A program made the position numbers and the translations under genes. The notes beneath the pieces are model-generated. The model had not been told where the DNA came from. It was given only the letters and a program-made list of their open reading frames with translations, and made no database searches. Positions 24,684-33,054 of a DNA stretch of 64,000 nucleotides are shown here, piece by piece (position 1 is the first letter of the stretch; each line of letters starts with the position of its first letter). The DNA is taken from assembly GCA_019449455.1 (NCBI GenBank), contig JAGRPO010000088.1:459-64458 (forward strand), in the 5' to 3' direction. The stretch is from Betaproteobacteria bacterium. Lineage in GTDB: Bacteria > Pseudomonadota > Gammaproteobacteria > Burkholderiales > Usitatibacteraceae.

Positions 24684-26265
24684 GGTGCTTCTCCTGGCGT
24701 TTGGGTGGCAGGGTGTGGCGGGCCGCGCGCGGCCCCAGGCGGGAAAGCTCGGTGCGGAACGTGTCGAGTTCGACGCGCAGCGCGTCGAGATCGGTGAGCC
24801 CGGCGTGCGCGTACCGGACGCGCTCCCGCGGCACGCTCGAGCGCAGGGAGGGCTTGCGCCCGCCGTCCAGGCGGGCCGCGACGAGCGCGTCGCCCACGCG
24901 GAACTCGCAGTCGCCCTCCCGGCATCCCGCGACGAGCACGCCGTCGGCGCCCGCGCGAAGGGCGTATTCGACGAAGGAGGGAGGCACCATCGCGGCGCAC
25001 AGGAACTCGATCGCGGCCGTGGAGTGGCCCTCGAGGGACGCGACGCCGGCGCCCCAGCGGCAGCCGAACACCACGATGCGGGGGCCGCCCTCGAGCGCCG
25101 CCGCGCGCGCCTCGAGCCGCGCGCGCAGCCCGCCGATGGTCGCCGAGGGCATGTCGATGCCCGTGGCGAGCGCCTCGTCGCGGCGGAAAGGCGTCGAGGA
25201 CGGGCAGGCGCCGGTGCAGATGCCGCATCCCGCGCAGAGGTTCGCGTCGACCTGCGCCTGCCGGAGGTGCGGCCGGGCGTCGGTGCGCGGCACCATCACC
25301 ACGGCGTCGTAGGGGCAATCGGCGAAGCAGCGCGCGCAGCCGTTGCAGTTGGCGAGGTTCACGCGGGCCACCGGCGCGCGCGGCACGCGGGTGGCGTAGG
25401 GCAGCGCGGCGAGGCCGGCGAAGAACGCGGCGGTCGCCGCCCACAGGCCCTCGGGGCCGAGCCAGGCCATGGCCGGGTGCGGAAAGAGGTAGAACCAGTC
25501 GAGCGGGATCGTCGCGGGCAGCAGGCCGAGGTCGGCGGCGGGCATGAGCGAGACGGGCTTCGCGAGCGCGAGCGCCGCGAGCATCGCGGCCGTTCCCCAG
25601 GCAAGGGCGCGCGGCGGTTGGGTGCGCGCCGGGCTCACCCGCTGCACGTGGACCCACATCGCCGCGAGCATCGCTAGCGGCAGGCCGATGTGCAGGAAGA
25701 TGAGGAGCGAGAAGAAGCGGTCGTTCACCTGGTCGCCGGCGATGACGTTGCGGGTGAGCGCCCCGTCGAAGAACGGCAGCGCGTCGAGCCATTCGGTGGT
25801 CGCGGTGAGGCTCCATTGCGCGAGCTGGTCCCAGGGGAGCCAGTAGCCGCCGATGCCGGCGGCGAACATCAGGGCGAGCGCGAAGATGCCCGTGAGCCAG
25901 GCGAATCGCCTGAACGCGGCGTAGTGGCGGCGCGAGAGCTCGCGCACGAGATGCAGCGCCGTGACCGCCACGAGGGCGTCGGCGCTGTAGCGGTGCAGGG
26001 CGCGCGCGAACGCTCCCAGCGGCCAGGCGTTCCGGTCCATCGCGGCGAGGCTCTCGCGCGCGCCGGTGGCGCTGGTGTCGAAGCCGACGTAGATCCAGAT
26101 GCCGGAGGCGCAGCAGATCCAGAAGGAGAGGAAGCCGAGGGCGCCCAGGTGCCGCCACGGGTTCAGGCGCTGGCCGAAGGCGCGGTCGAAGAGCGCGTCC
26201 AGCCGCTCGACGATCGGGGCGGCGGGACCCGGCCCGGGAAGCGCGAAGGCGGCGGAAGCGTTCAT
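24676..26265 (-). CDS. Fusion protein: dihaem cytochrome b (bc-type N-domain) + 2x[4Fe-4S] ferredoxin + MvhD/FlpD-like domain
   Basis: ATG at 26265 within ORF 24676..26574. Cyt b His pairs: ALHRY...ALHLV and FLHIGLPL...WVHVQ, plus GYWLPWDQLA. Fe-S motifs CNGCARCFADCP and CAGCGICTGACP. MvhD-like motifs VVFGCRWG...LVAGCREGDCEF. Confidence 0.8.
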   Translation of the reverse strand: MNASAAFALPGPGPAAPIVERLDALFDRAFGQRLNPWRHLGALGFLSFWICCASGIWIYVGFDTSATGARESLAAMDRNAWPLGAFARALHRYSADALVAVTALHLVRELSRRHYAAFRRFAWLTGIFALALMFAAGIGGYWLPWDQLAQWSLTATTEWLDALPFFDGALTRNVIAGDQVNDRFFSLLIFLHIGLPLAMLAAMWVHVQRVSPARTQPPRALAWGTAAMLAALALAKPVSLMPAADLGLLPATIPLDWFYLFPHPAMAWLGPEGLWAATAAFFAGLAALPYATRVPRAPVARVNLANCNGCARCFADCPYDAVVMVPRTDARPHLRQAQVDANLCAGCGICTGACPSSTPFRRDEALATGIDMPSATIGGLRARLEARAAALEGGPRIVVFGCRWGAGVASLEGHSTAAIEFLCAAMVPPSFVEYALRAGADGVLVAGCREGDCEFRVGDALVAARLDGGRKPSLRSSVPRERVRYAHAGLTDLDALRVELDTFRTELSRLGPRAARHTLPPKRQEKHHG

Positions 26266-26294
26266 GGTCGTCCCGGCTCGTTCCTCGGCCGCGG

Positions 26295-26795
26295 CTAGCG
26301 GATGAGGATCCCGCCCTTGCCGGGCTCGAAGTCGATCACCAGCACGCGGCCGGGCTCGAGGCGCACCTGCTCCTCGCGCACGCGGTCGAACGTGCCCGCG
26401 GCATCGTCGGCGAGCGCCACGCGCAGCCGGTGCGTGCCGGCCGCCACGGGGATGCGCCGGTAGGCGACGGAGGCGCCGTCGCGCGAAAAGCCGGCGGGCT
26501 TCGCGACGATGTCGGCGACGGGGGCGCCGTCGAGCTCCACCTTCACGAGCACCGGGGCGCGCTCGCGGGGGCAATCCTCCGCGGCGCGCATGTTGGGGGC
26601 GAGCTTCGCGAGTTCCTCGGGCGTGCGCATGCGGCAGGCGACCTTGCGCTGTCCCGCGTGGTTGAGGGACAGGCGGATCAGCGCGTACCCCGGCGGCAGC
26701 GGCCTGAAGGCCGGCGCGGTCGAGAAGTAGCCGAGGGCGGCCGCGAAGGCGCCGTAGAGGAGGGCCTGGAGAACGTAACGGAAGGCGCGGTTCAC
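26295..26795 (-). CDS. Hypothetical single-TM protein of the operon
   Basis: GTG at 26795 overlaps the upstream stop (GTGA). N-terminal TM YVLQALLYGAFAAALGYF, then a soluble domain of about 130 aa with no motif I recognise. Confidence 0.55.
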   Translation of the reverse strand: MNRAFRYVLQALLYGAFAAALGYFSTAPAFRPLPPGYALIRLSLNHAGQRKVACRMRTPEELAKLAPNMRAAEDCPRERAPVLVKVELDGAPVADIVAKPAGFSRDGASVAYRRIPVAAGTHRLRVALADDAAGTFDRVREEQVRLEPGRVLVIDFEPGKGGILIR

Positions 26796-28729
26796 GGGCG
26801 GCCTCCCAGGCGCACGACGTCGGCGTCCCCGGCGTGGATGCGCGGCGCGAGCTTGAACGCGTCCGAGAAGCAGTCGTCGGGCGCGAGCCCCTGCTTGGCG
26901 AACGCCGGCTGCGCGGCCTCGACCATCTTCACCGAGCCGCACGCGTAGATGCGATGCCCCGCGAGGTCGGGATAGTCGGAGAGGATCGCCTCGTGGACGA
27001 GCCCGGTGCGGCCCTCCCACGCTTCCCCGGGCGCGGGGTCGGAGAGCACGGGCACGAAGCGGAAGTTCGGATGCTCCCTGGCCCAGCGCTCGGGGAGCTC
27101 GCGCAGGTACATGTCGGCGAGCGTGCGCGTGCCCCAGTAGAGCACCATGGGCCGCGTGATCCCGGCGTGGAACGCGTGCTCCACCATGCTCTTCACGGGC
27201 GCGAAGCCGGTCGCCCCCGCGACGAAGATCACGGGCTTGGCGCCGTCCTCGCGCAGGAAGAAGGAGCCCACGGGCCCCTCGAAGCGCACGCGGTCGCCGA
27301 CCTTCATGGCGGTGAAGACGTGCGTGGTGAAGCGGCCGCCCTGGATGGCCCGGATGTGCAGCTCGATGGGGCCTTGCTCGTGCGGGGCGGTGGCGAAGGA
27401 GAAGGCGCGCTTCTGGCCGTCGTCGAGGAGGATGTTGATGTACTGGCCGGCGTAGAACGGTGCCTTCCCGCCGCCCTCCACCTCGAGGCGCACGCGCATC
27501 ACGTCCTTCGCCAGGAGGTCGAGCGAGACGACGCGCGCCTCGTGCACGGCGACCGGGCGGGCCGCCTGCGCCGTGGGCTCGTACTCGATTTCCACGTCGG
27601 AGAGTGGCTTGGCCACGCAGGCGAGGACGCGCCCGGCCTCGCGGTCGGCGGCCGTGAGGGCGCTTTGCTGGTAGGCGCCCAGCGCCACCTCGCCGTGCAG
27701 CACCGTGCACTTGCACACGCCGCAGCCGCCGTTGCGGCAGTCGAAGGCCATGGGCAGGCCGTCCCTCAGGCACGCGTCGAGGAGCGACTCGTCCTCCTTC
27801 ACCGGGATGATGCGGTTGTCCGGATGGGCCAGGACATGGAAGGCGCGCAATTCGCGGCGCCCGAACTTCGGCGGCAGCCACGGCGCCATGACGGCGAGCA
27901 GCGTGAGTCCTCCCACGAGCAGCCACAGGGTGTCGGGCGACCAGCGGTAGAGCAGCGCGTAGGTCGGCATGTAGAACCAGTCGAACTCGATCGCGGCGGC
28001 CATCGTCGCGAGGTCGGCGGGCCCCTGGCTCAGGGCCGGCTTCACGACCGAGAGCACGACCATGGCCGCGCCCAGCGCGGCCATCAGCGGGTTCGGGGGC
28101 AGCGTCTTCGCCTGCGGCACGCGGTGGGTGTGGATCCACAGGAGCGCCAGCACGCCGAGCGGCAGCCCGATGTGGAGGAAGGAGAGCAGCGAGAAGAACC
28201 GGTCGTTCACGCTGTCCGCGACCAGGAAGTTGCGCATGAGCAGCCCGTTGAAGACCGGGAGCGCGTCGAACCACTCGGCGGTGGCCGTGACCGTGAACGC
28301 CGCGAGCTGGTCCCACGGCAGCATGTAGCCGTTGATGCCGGAGGCGTAGACGAGCCACAGCACGAGCACGCCGCTCACCCACGAGAACCAGCGGAACCCG
28401 CGGTGGCGGTCGAAGGCGAAGTGGCGCAGGAGGTGCAGCGCCATCGTGAGCACCATGCCGTCGGAGGCGTAGCGGTGCAGGCTTCGCATGATGCCCCCGG
28501 CCCACTTCTGCCCGTGCGTGAGCCGCTCGACCGACAGGTACGCCTCGGTGACGCTCGTGTCGAAGAAGGCGTAGAGGTAGAGCCCGCTCGCGACCACGAC
28601 CCAGAACAGCCAGTAGCTGATCGCCCCCAGGTGGTAGAGCGGGTTCAGGTGCTCGCCGAAGATCGCGTTGGCGGCCCGCTCGGCGAGAAGGAACAGGCGT
28701 TGGAGCAGTCGCTGCAGGAGCTTGAGCAT
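26792..28729 (-). CDS. Fusion protein: dihaem cytochrome b + plant-type [2Fe-2S] ferredoxin + FAD/NAD(P)H ferredoxin-reductase module
   Basis: ORF 26792..28729. Cyt b: SLHRY...ALHLL, GYMLPWDQLA, FLHIGLPL...WIHTH. [2Fe-2S]: CRNGGCGVCKC...LACVA. FNR module: RAFSFA (RxYS-type FAD site), VAGATGFAP (NAD(P)H site), YACGSVKM. Confidence 0.85.
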   Translation of the reverse strand: MLKLLQRLLQRLFLLAERAANAIFGEHLNPLYHLGAISYWLFWVVVASGLYLYAFFDTSVTEAYLSVERLTHGQKWAGGIMRSLHRYASDGMVLTMALHLLRHFAFDRHRGFRWFSWVSGVLVLWLVYASGINGYMLPWDQLAAFTVTATAEWFDALPVFNGLLMRNFLVADSVNDRFFSLLSFLHIGLPLGVLALLWIHTHRVPQAKTLPPNPLMAALGAAMVVLSVVKPALSQGPADLATMAAAIEFDWFYMPTYALLYRWSPDTLWLLVGGLTLLAVMAPWLPPKFGRRELRAFHVLAHPDNRIIPVKEDESLLDACLRDGLPMAFDCRNGGCGVCKCTVLHGEVALGAYQQSALTAADREAGRVLACVAKPLSDVEIEYEPTAQAARPVAVHEARVVSLDLLAKDVMRVRLEVEGGGKAPFYAGQYINILLDDGQKRAFSFATAPHEQGPIELHIRAIQGGRFTTHVFTAMKVGDRVRFEGPVGSFFLREDGAKPVIFVAGATGFAPVKSMVEHAFHAGITRPMVLYWGTRTLADMYLRELPERWAREHPNFRFVPVLSDPAPGEAWEGRTGLVHEAILSDYPDLAGHRIYACGSVKMVEAAQPAFAKQGLAPDDCFSDAFKLAPRIHAGDADVVRLGGRP

Positions 28730-28738
28730 GGGGGAGGT

Positions 28739-29575
28739 TCAGCCGGCGGCGCGCAGCCGGCGGCGGTGGCGTTGCCATTCGCGCAGCAGGTAGACGAGCG
28801 TGGTGAGGAGGATCGACAGGCCCGCGAGGATCTCGATCACCACGCCGTAGTCCAGGCGGTACCGGCCGGTGCGCGGATCGTAGACGGTGCACAGCAGGCG
28901 AACGCGGTCGACGATGTTGGCGAGGCTCGCCGCGGGCAGGGGCGCGTCGGTGAGGAGCGCCTTCAGCGGGCCCACGAGCATCGACATCTCGAAGTTCTCG
29001 CCGTAGACCTGCGCGGCCACGCGGCCGTTCGCGTCGAGGAGCGTCACCTGCGTGAGGTGGTCGAAGCCGCCGGCGGAGGCGGCGTAGCTGAAGCCCAGCT
29101 CGCGCGTGATCGCCTCCACCACCCCGGCCTCGGGGCTGAGGAAGTGCCAGTCGCGGCGGTCGATGCCCTGCTGGCGGGCGAAGGCGCGCATCGCCTCGGG
29201 CGTGTCGTAGGGGTAGTTGAAGCCGATGGTGGCCAGGGAGTAGCGCCCCGGGCCCAGCGCGCGGTCGGCCTCGGCGACGGCCTTGGCCAGGAAACGCGTG
29301 GTGGTGGGGCAGACCTGCGAGCAGCCGGTGTAGACGAAGCTCACCAGCACCGGCCGGCCGCGAAGCTGCGACAGGCGGAAGGGACTCCCGTCACCGGCCC
29401 GGAAGGCGTGGTCGCCCACCGGGGTGCCGATGGCGCGCTGGCTGCGGTCGAGGGCCGCGTCCGGCTCCAGGGTGGCGCCCTCGGGCGCTGCTCGCGCCTG
29501 CACAGCGCCGAGGACTGCCCCGAAGCAGAGCGCGGCCGCCGTCAGCAGCCAGCGCGGTCGGCATCCGTTGCCCAT
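28739..29575 (-). CDS. SCO1/SenC copper chaperone with an extra C-terminal TM segment
   Basis: ATG at 29575 within ORF 28739..30337. Signal/anchor, then thioredoxin-fold motif FVYTGCSQVCPTT (CxxxC) and a conserved His in GFDHLTQV. Confidence 0.88.
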   Translation of the reverse strand: MGNGCRPRWLLTAAALCFGAVLGAVQARAAPEGATLEPDAALDRSQRAIGTPVGDHAFRAGDGSPFRLSQLRGRPVLVSFVYTGCSQVCPTTTRFLAKAVAEADRALGPGRYSLATIGFNYPYDTPEAMRAFARQQGIDRRDWHFLSPEAGVVEAITRELGFSYAASAGGFDHLTQVTLLDANGRVAAQVYGENFEMSMLVGPLKALLTDAPLPAASLANIVDRVRLLCTVYDPRTGRYRLDYGVVIEILAGLSILLTTLVYLLREWQRHRRRLRAAG

Positions 29576-29580
29576 GCGGG

Positions 29581-30480
29581 CTAGCCTCGCCAGGCCGCGT
29601 CCGCGATCACGCCGATGAGAAGTAGCGAGAGCTGGGCGAGCGAGGCGTGGAAACTGCGCATCGCGGTGGCGCGCGAAGGATCCCTGGCAAGGCGGGCCGC
29701 GGCCCGCAGGAAGAGGAAGCCCCCCGCGATCGCGCCTGCGGCATAGAGCGGACCCAGGCCGAAGGCGAGCGGAAGGAACGAGGAGAAGACGAGGACGACG
29801 GTGCCGGCGAGGACCGCGCGTGCCGCGCGGGCGTCGCCGACGACGACCGGCAGCATCGGCACGCCGGCGGCCCGGTAGTCGTCGTGGTAGGCGATGGCGA
29901 GGCTCCAGAAATGCGGCGGGGTCCACAGGAACAGGACCCACGCGAGCGACGCGGCGACGGGGCCGACCTCGCCCGGCGCGACGCTCGTGGCGCCGGCGAG
30001 CACCGCGAAGCTGCCCGCGAGCCCGCCGATCACGATGTTCATCCAGGTGCGCCGCTTGAGGACGACGGTGTAGACGACGCCGTAGAAGAAGGCGCCCAGG
30101 AACACGAACAGGGCGGCCACCGGGTTCACCGCGACGGCCGTCGCGCAGACGGCGAGCGCCAGCATCAGGCCGATCACGCCCAGCCAGAACGGCCCGTGCG
30201 TGAGCCGGCCGGTGACGAACGCCCGGTGGCGCGTGCGCCCCATGCGCGCGTCGAGGTCGCGCTCGACGTACTGGTTGAACGCGCCGGCCGAAGCGGACGC
30301 GGCGATGACGCAGGCCACCAGCAGGGCGATCTGCCACGCGCCCGCCGCCTGCCGGCCGGGGACCGCGAGGGCTCCCGCGAGCGCGGTGAGCCCGATCGCG
30401 AACCCGATGCGCAGCTTGAACAGGTCGAAGAACAACCTCACCTGGTCGCGCATCGGGCCTGCATGTCCATCTTCGCTCAT
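29581..30480 (-). CDS. ctaB: Protohaem IX farnesyltransferase (haem O synthase)
   Basis: ATG at 30480 within ORF 29581..31944. NQYVERDLDARMGRTRHR (UbiA-type motif) and LFLWTPPHFWSLA. Confidence 0.9.
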   Translation of the reverse strand: MSEDGHAGPMRDQVRLFFDLFKLRIGFAIGLTALAGALAVPGRQAAGAWQIALLVACVIAASASAGAFNQYVERDLDARMGRTRHRAFVTGRLTHGPFWLGVIGLMLALAVCATAVAVNPVAALFVFLGAFFYGVVYTVVLKRRTWMNIVIGGLAGSFAVLAGATSVAPGEVGPVAASLAWVLFLWTPPHFWSLAIAYHDDYRAAGVPMLPVVVGDARAARAVLAGTVVLVFSSFLPLAFGLGPLYAAGAIAGGFLFLRAAARLARDPSRATAMRSFHASLAQLSLLLIGVIADAAWRG

Positions 30481-30506
30481 GGCGGTCTCCCGGTCGGTCG
30501 GTTGGG

Positions 30507-32228
30507 CTACTTGAGCGGCCAGACGGTCGACAGGTACTTCCAGTTCACGAAGTAGTAGAGGATGAACGACGTGAGGAAGATCATCGCCAGCACGAAGGTG
30601 CCCGGCGCCACGAACCCGCCGATGCCGATGGAGCCGTGGCCCGACGGGGCGGCGGCGACCGGTACCGGCGCGGGCGCCATGCCCTGGCGGACCGGGACGT
30701 GCTTGAAGTCCGGCGTCTGGATCTTCTTGCCGAAGAACACGGAGCCCACGGTGATGGCGAGGTACATCCCGCCGCCGATGACCGCGGCGATGCCCGAGAC
30801 CGCCATGATGCCCATCATGAGATAGGCGGTGCCGGGGAACTCGTGCGGCAGGATCGCGCCCGAGAACGCCATGTCCCAGTGCCGGCGCGGCACGCCCAGC
30901 GTCCCGGCGCCCATCATGAACACCGAGAAGGAGCACATGCCGAGGCCGTAGACATAGGGCTGCCACTTCGCCATGCCCGGGAACATGACCTCGCGCCGGA
31001 AGAGCGTCGGGATGAGGAAGTAGGTGAGCGCCATGAACGCGAGCGTGGTGCCCACGACGACCGTCGCGTGGAAGTGGCCGGGCACGTAGATCGTGTTGTG
31101 GATGATGAGGTTCAGCTGCTCCGTGCCCATCATCACGCCCGAGATGCCGCCCAGGAAGCCGAAGCCCACGAGCGAGATGAACATCCCCGAGAAGCTCGGG
31201 TTGCCCCAGGGGGCCTTGCGCAGCCACTCGAAGAAGCCCTTGTTGAAGCCCTTCTCGCGCTGCGCCACCTCGATCGCGCCCGGCACCGTGAGGCCGTGCA
31301 CCATGGAGGCGAGCACCGCGAGGTACATGGCGTAGCTGGTGTTGAAGATCTTCCAGTTGGAGGTGAGGCCGGGGTCGGCGAGCAGGTGGTGGGCGCTCGC
31401 GAGCTGCAGGAAGAGGATGTAGAGGACGAAGGCGGTCCGGCTCACCTTCTCGCTCATCGGCTTCGCGCCGAAGACGATGGCGGCGATCGCGTACCACACC
31501 GACACGTGGGCCGCGACGTTGATCTGCTGCGAGGAGTGCCCGAACGCCCACCAGACGGTGCGGTACATGAGGGAGTCGATGTGCGACACCAGGCCCACGG
31601 ACCAGAGGAAGGTGGGGATCAGGATGATCGCGCCCGCGGCGATGGTGAAGACGGCGATGATCGCGGCGGTGACGGCCCCGAAGGTCACCAGCGGGATCGA
31701 GCCGTTGTAGGTCTTCTCCGCCTTGCCGACGACCAGCGTGCCGAAGAACACGAAGCAGGCGACGAGCGCGCCCACGGCGAAGAGGATGAGCCCGAGGTAG
31801 AAGAGCGGGTGCGCCCCCATCGGCACGTAGGAGGTGAACATCACGCTGGAGTCGCCCTTGAACACGGCGAAGTTGTTCGTGAGCGCGCCGACGATCATGA
31901 GCCAGAAGGCGACCCAGGCCACCTTCGGCGTCGCGAGCCGGCACTTGAGGAGCGTGGAGGCGGCGAAGTAGAGCACCGCGATCTCGAAGAAGATGATCCA
32001 GAAGACGAGCATGTCCAGCCCGTGCGCGGTGAGCGCGAGGTAGAACCAGTCGGGCGGCAGCAGCTTCACGGCGGGCCAGCGCGTGAGCGTGACCAGGAGC
32101 GCGAGGACTCCGCCCACGAGGAGGGAGACCACCCCCGCGACGGCGTTCCAGCGGATGAGCTTCTCGGCCGGCTCGTGGAAGACGAGGCCGGAGGACGGGC
32201 AGGTGCGGAAATTGCGATTGACGGCCAT
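30507..32228 (-). CDS. Haem-copper oxidase subunit I, B-family-like, lacking the cross-link Tyr
   Basis: ORF 30507..32228. TAHGLDMLVFW (helix II His), WWAFGHSSQQINV (CuB His; His+4 is Gln, not Tyr), ASAHHLLADPG (HH), VPGHFHATVVVG (HxH). Confidence 0.9.
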   Translation of the reverse strand: MAVNRNFRTCPSSGLVFHEPAEKLIRWNAVAGVVSLLVGGVLALLVTLTRWPAVKLLPPDWFYLALTAHGLDMLVFWIIFFEIAVLYFAASTLLKCRLATPKVAWVAFWLMIVGALTNNFAVFKGDSSVMFTSYVPMGAHPLFYLGLILFAVGALVACFVFFGTLVVGKAEKTYNGSIPLVTFGAVTAAIIAVFTIAAGAIILIPTFLWSVGLVSHIDSLMYRTVWWAFGHSSQQINVAAHVSVWYAIAAIVFGAKPMSEKVSRTAFVLYILFLQLASAHHLLADPGLTSNWKIFNTSYAMYLAVLASMVHGLTVPGAIEVAQREKGFNKGFFEWLRKAPWGNPSFSGMFISLVGFGFLGGISGVMMGTEQLNLIIHNTIYVPGHFHATVVVGTTLAFMALTYFLIPTLFRREVMFPGMAKWQPYVYGLGMCSFSVFMMGAGTLGVPRRHWDMAFSGAILPHEFPGTAYLMMGIMAVSGIAAVIGGGMYLAITVGSVFFGKKIQTPDFKHVPVRQGMAPAPVPVAAAPSGHGSIGIGGFVAPGTFVLAMIFLTSFILYYFVNWKYLSTVWPLK

Positions 32229-32238
32229 GGCGGTCTCC

Positions 32239-32793
32239 CTACCCTTTCTTCGGCTTGACGACGTAGAGCTTGCTCGCCATCGTGTGGTGGTTGATGCCGC
32301 AGTACTCGTTGCAGATGATCGAGTACGTGCCTTCCTTCGTCGGCGTGAGCGTCACGACGTGCTCGTAGCCGGGGTGGATCTGGATGTTGATGTTCTCGGG
32401 CTGCAGCGAGAAGCCGTGCAGCCAGTCGGTCGACATGATGTGCAGGCGGTAGGTCTGCCCTTCCTCGAGCTCGAGGACGGGCCAGAACTGCCAGAGGCGG
32501 GCGACGAGATAGACGTCGCTGCCGGGCACCGGATGCACCACGGGGATGTTCTGCTCGGTGACGGTGCGCACCGTGTGCTTGTCGACCATCGCCTGCGCCT
32601 TGGCGAGGTAGGCCTCGGGCGTGGTGCGGTAGGCCTCGTTGGAGAGGTTCTGCTTACCGTAGACGTGCCAGTACGGCATCATGAAGAACATCACCATGCA
32701 CCAGACGAAGGCGATGACGATCCAGGTGCCTTCGACGCGGTCCAGGGGCTGCTTCCACCAGAGTCGTTCGGCAGGGGGTTGTATGGCGCTCAT
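32239..32793 (-). CDS. Haem-copper oxidase subunit II with an intact CuA site
   Basis: ORF 32239..32793. It has one TM and then a cupredoxin domain with DWLHGFSL and CNEYCGINHHTM (CxExCGxxHxxM). Confidence 0.85.
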   Translation of the reverse strand: MSAIQPPAERLWWKQPLDRVEGTWIVIAFVWCMVMFFMMPYWHVYGKQNLSNEAYRTTPEAYLAKAQAMVDKHTVRTVTEQNIPVVHPVPGSDVYLVARLWQFWPVLELEEGQTYRLHIMSTDWLHGFSLQPENINIQIHPGYEHVVTLTPTKEGTYSIICNEYCGINHHTMASKLYVVKPKKG

Positions 32794-32817
32794 GTCGGCC
32801 TCGCGGGGTAGGAGTTC

Positions 32818-33000
32818 TTATTTGGCGATCGGAATGCCGACGATCTCCATCACGCCCCAGACGATGTACAGGACGGTGGGCATCGCGACGCCGAGGAACA
32901 GCAGGAGGAACGGGTTGTCGATCAGCTGCTGCATCATCGGGACCGGCTCGTCGTGCATGTCGTCGTCCGCCGGGGCGGGCGAGGCGGGTACCTGACTCAT
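32818..33000 (-). CDS. Small single-TM peptide, first gene of the operon (possible subunit IIa-like accessory)
   Basis: ATG at 33000 follows AGGAGGAG. MSQVPASPAPADDDMHDEPVPMMQQLIDNPFLLLFLGVAMPTVLYIVWGVMEIVGIPIAK. Confidence 0.5.
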   Translation of the reverse strand: MSQVPASPAPADDDMHDEPVPMMQQLIDNPFLLLFLGVAMPTVLYIVWGVMEIVGIPIAK

Positions 33001-33054
33001 GGGGTCTCCTCCTGGAATGGGGGGCGGGCCGCGGGGGCGACACGTCACGCAGGT

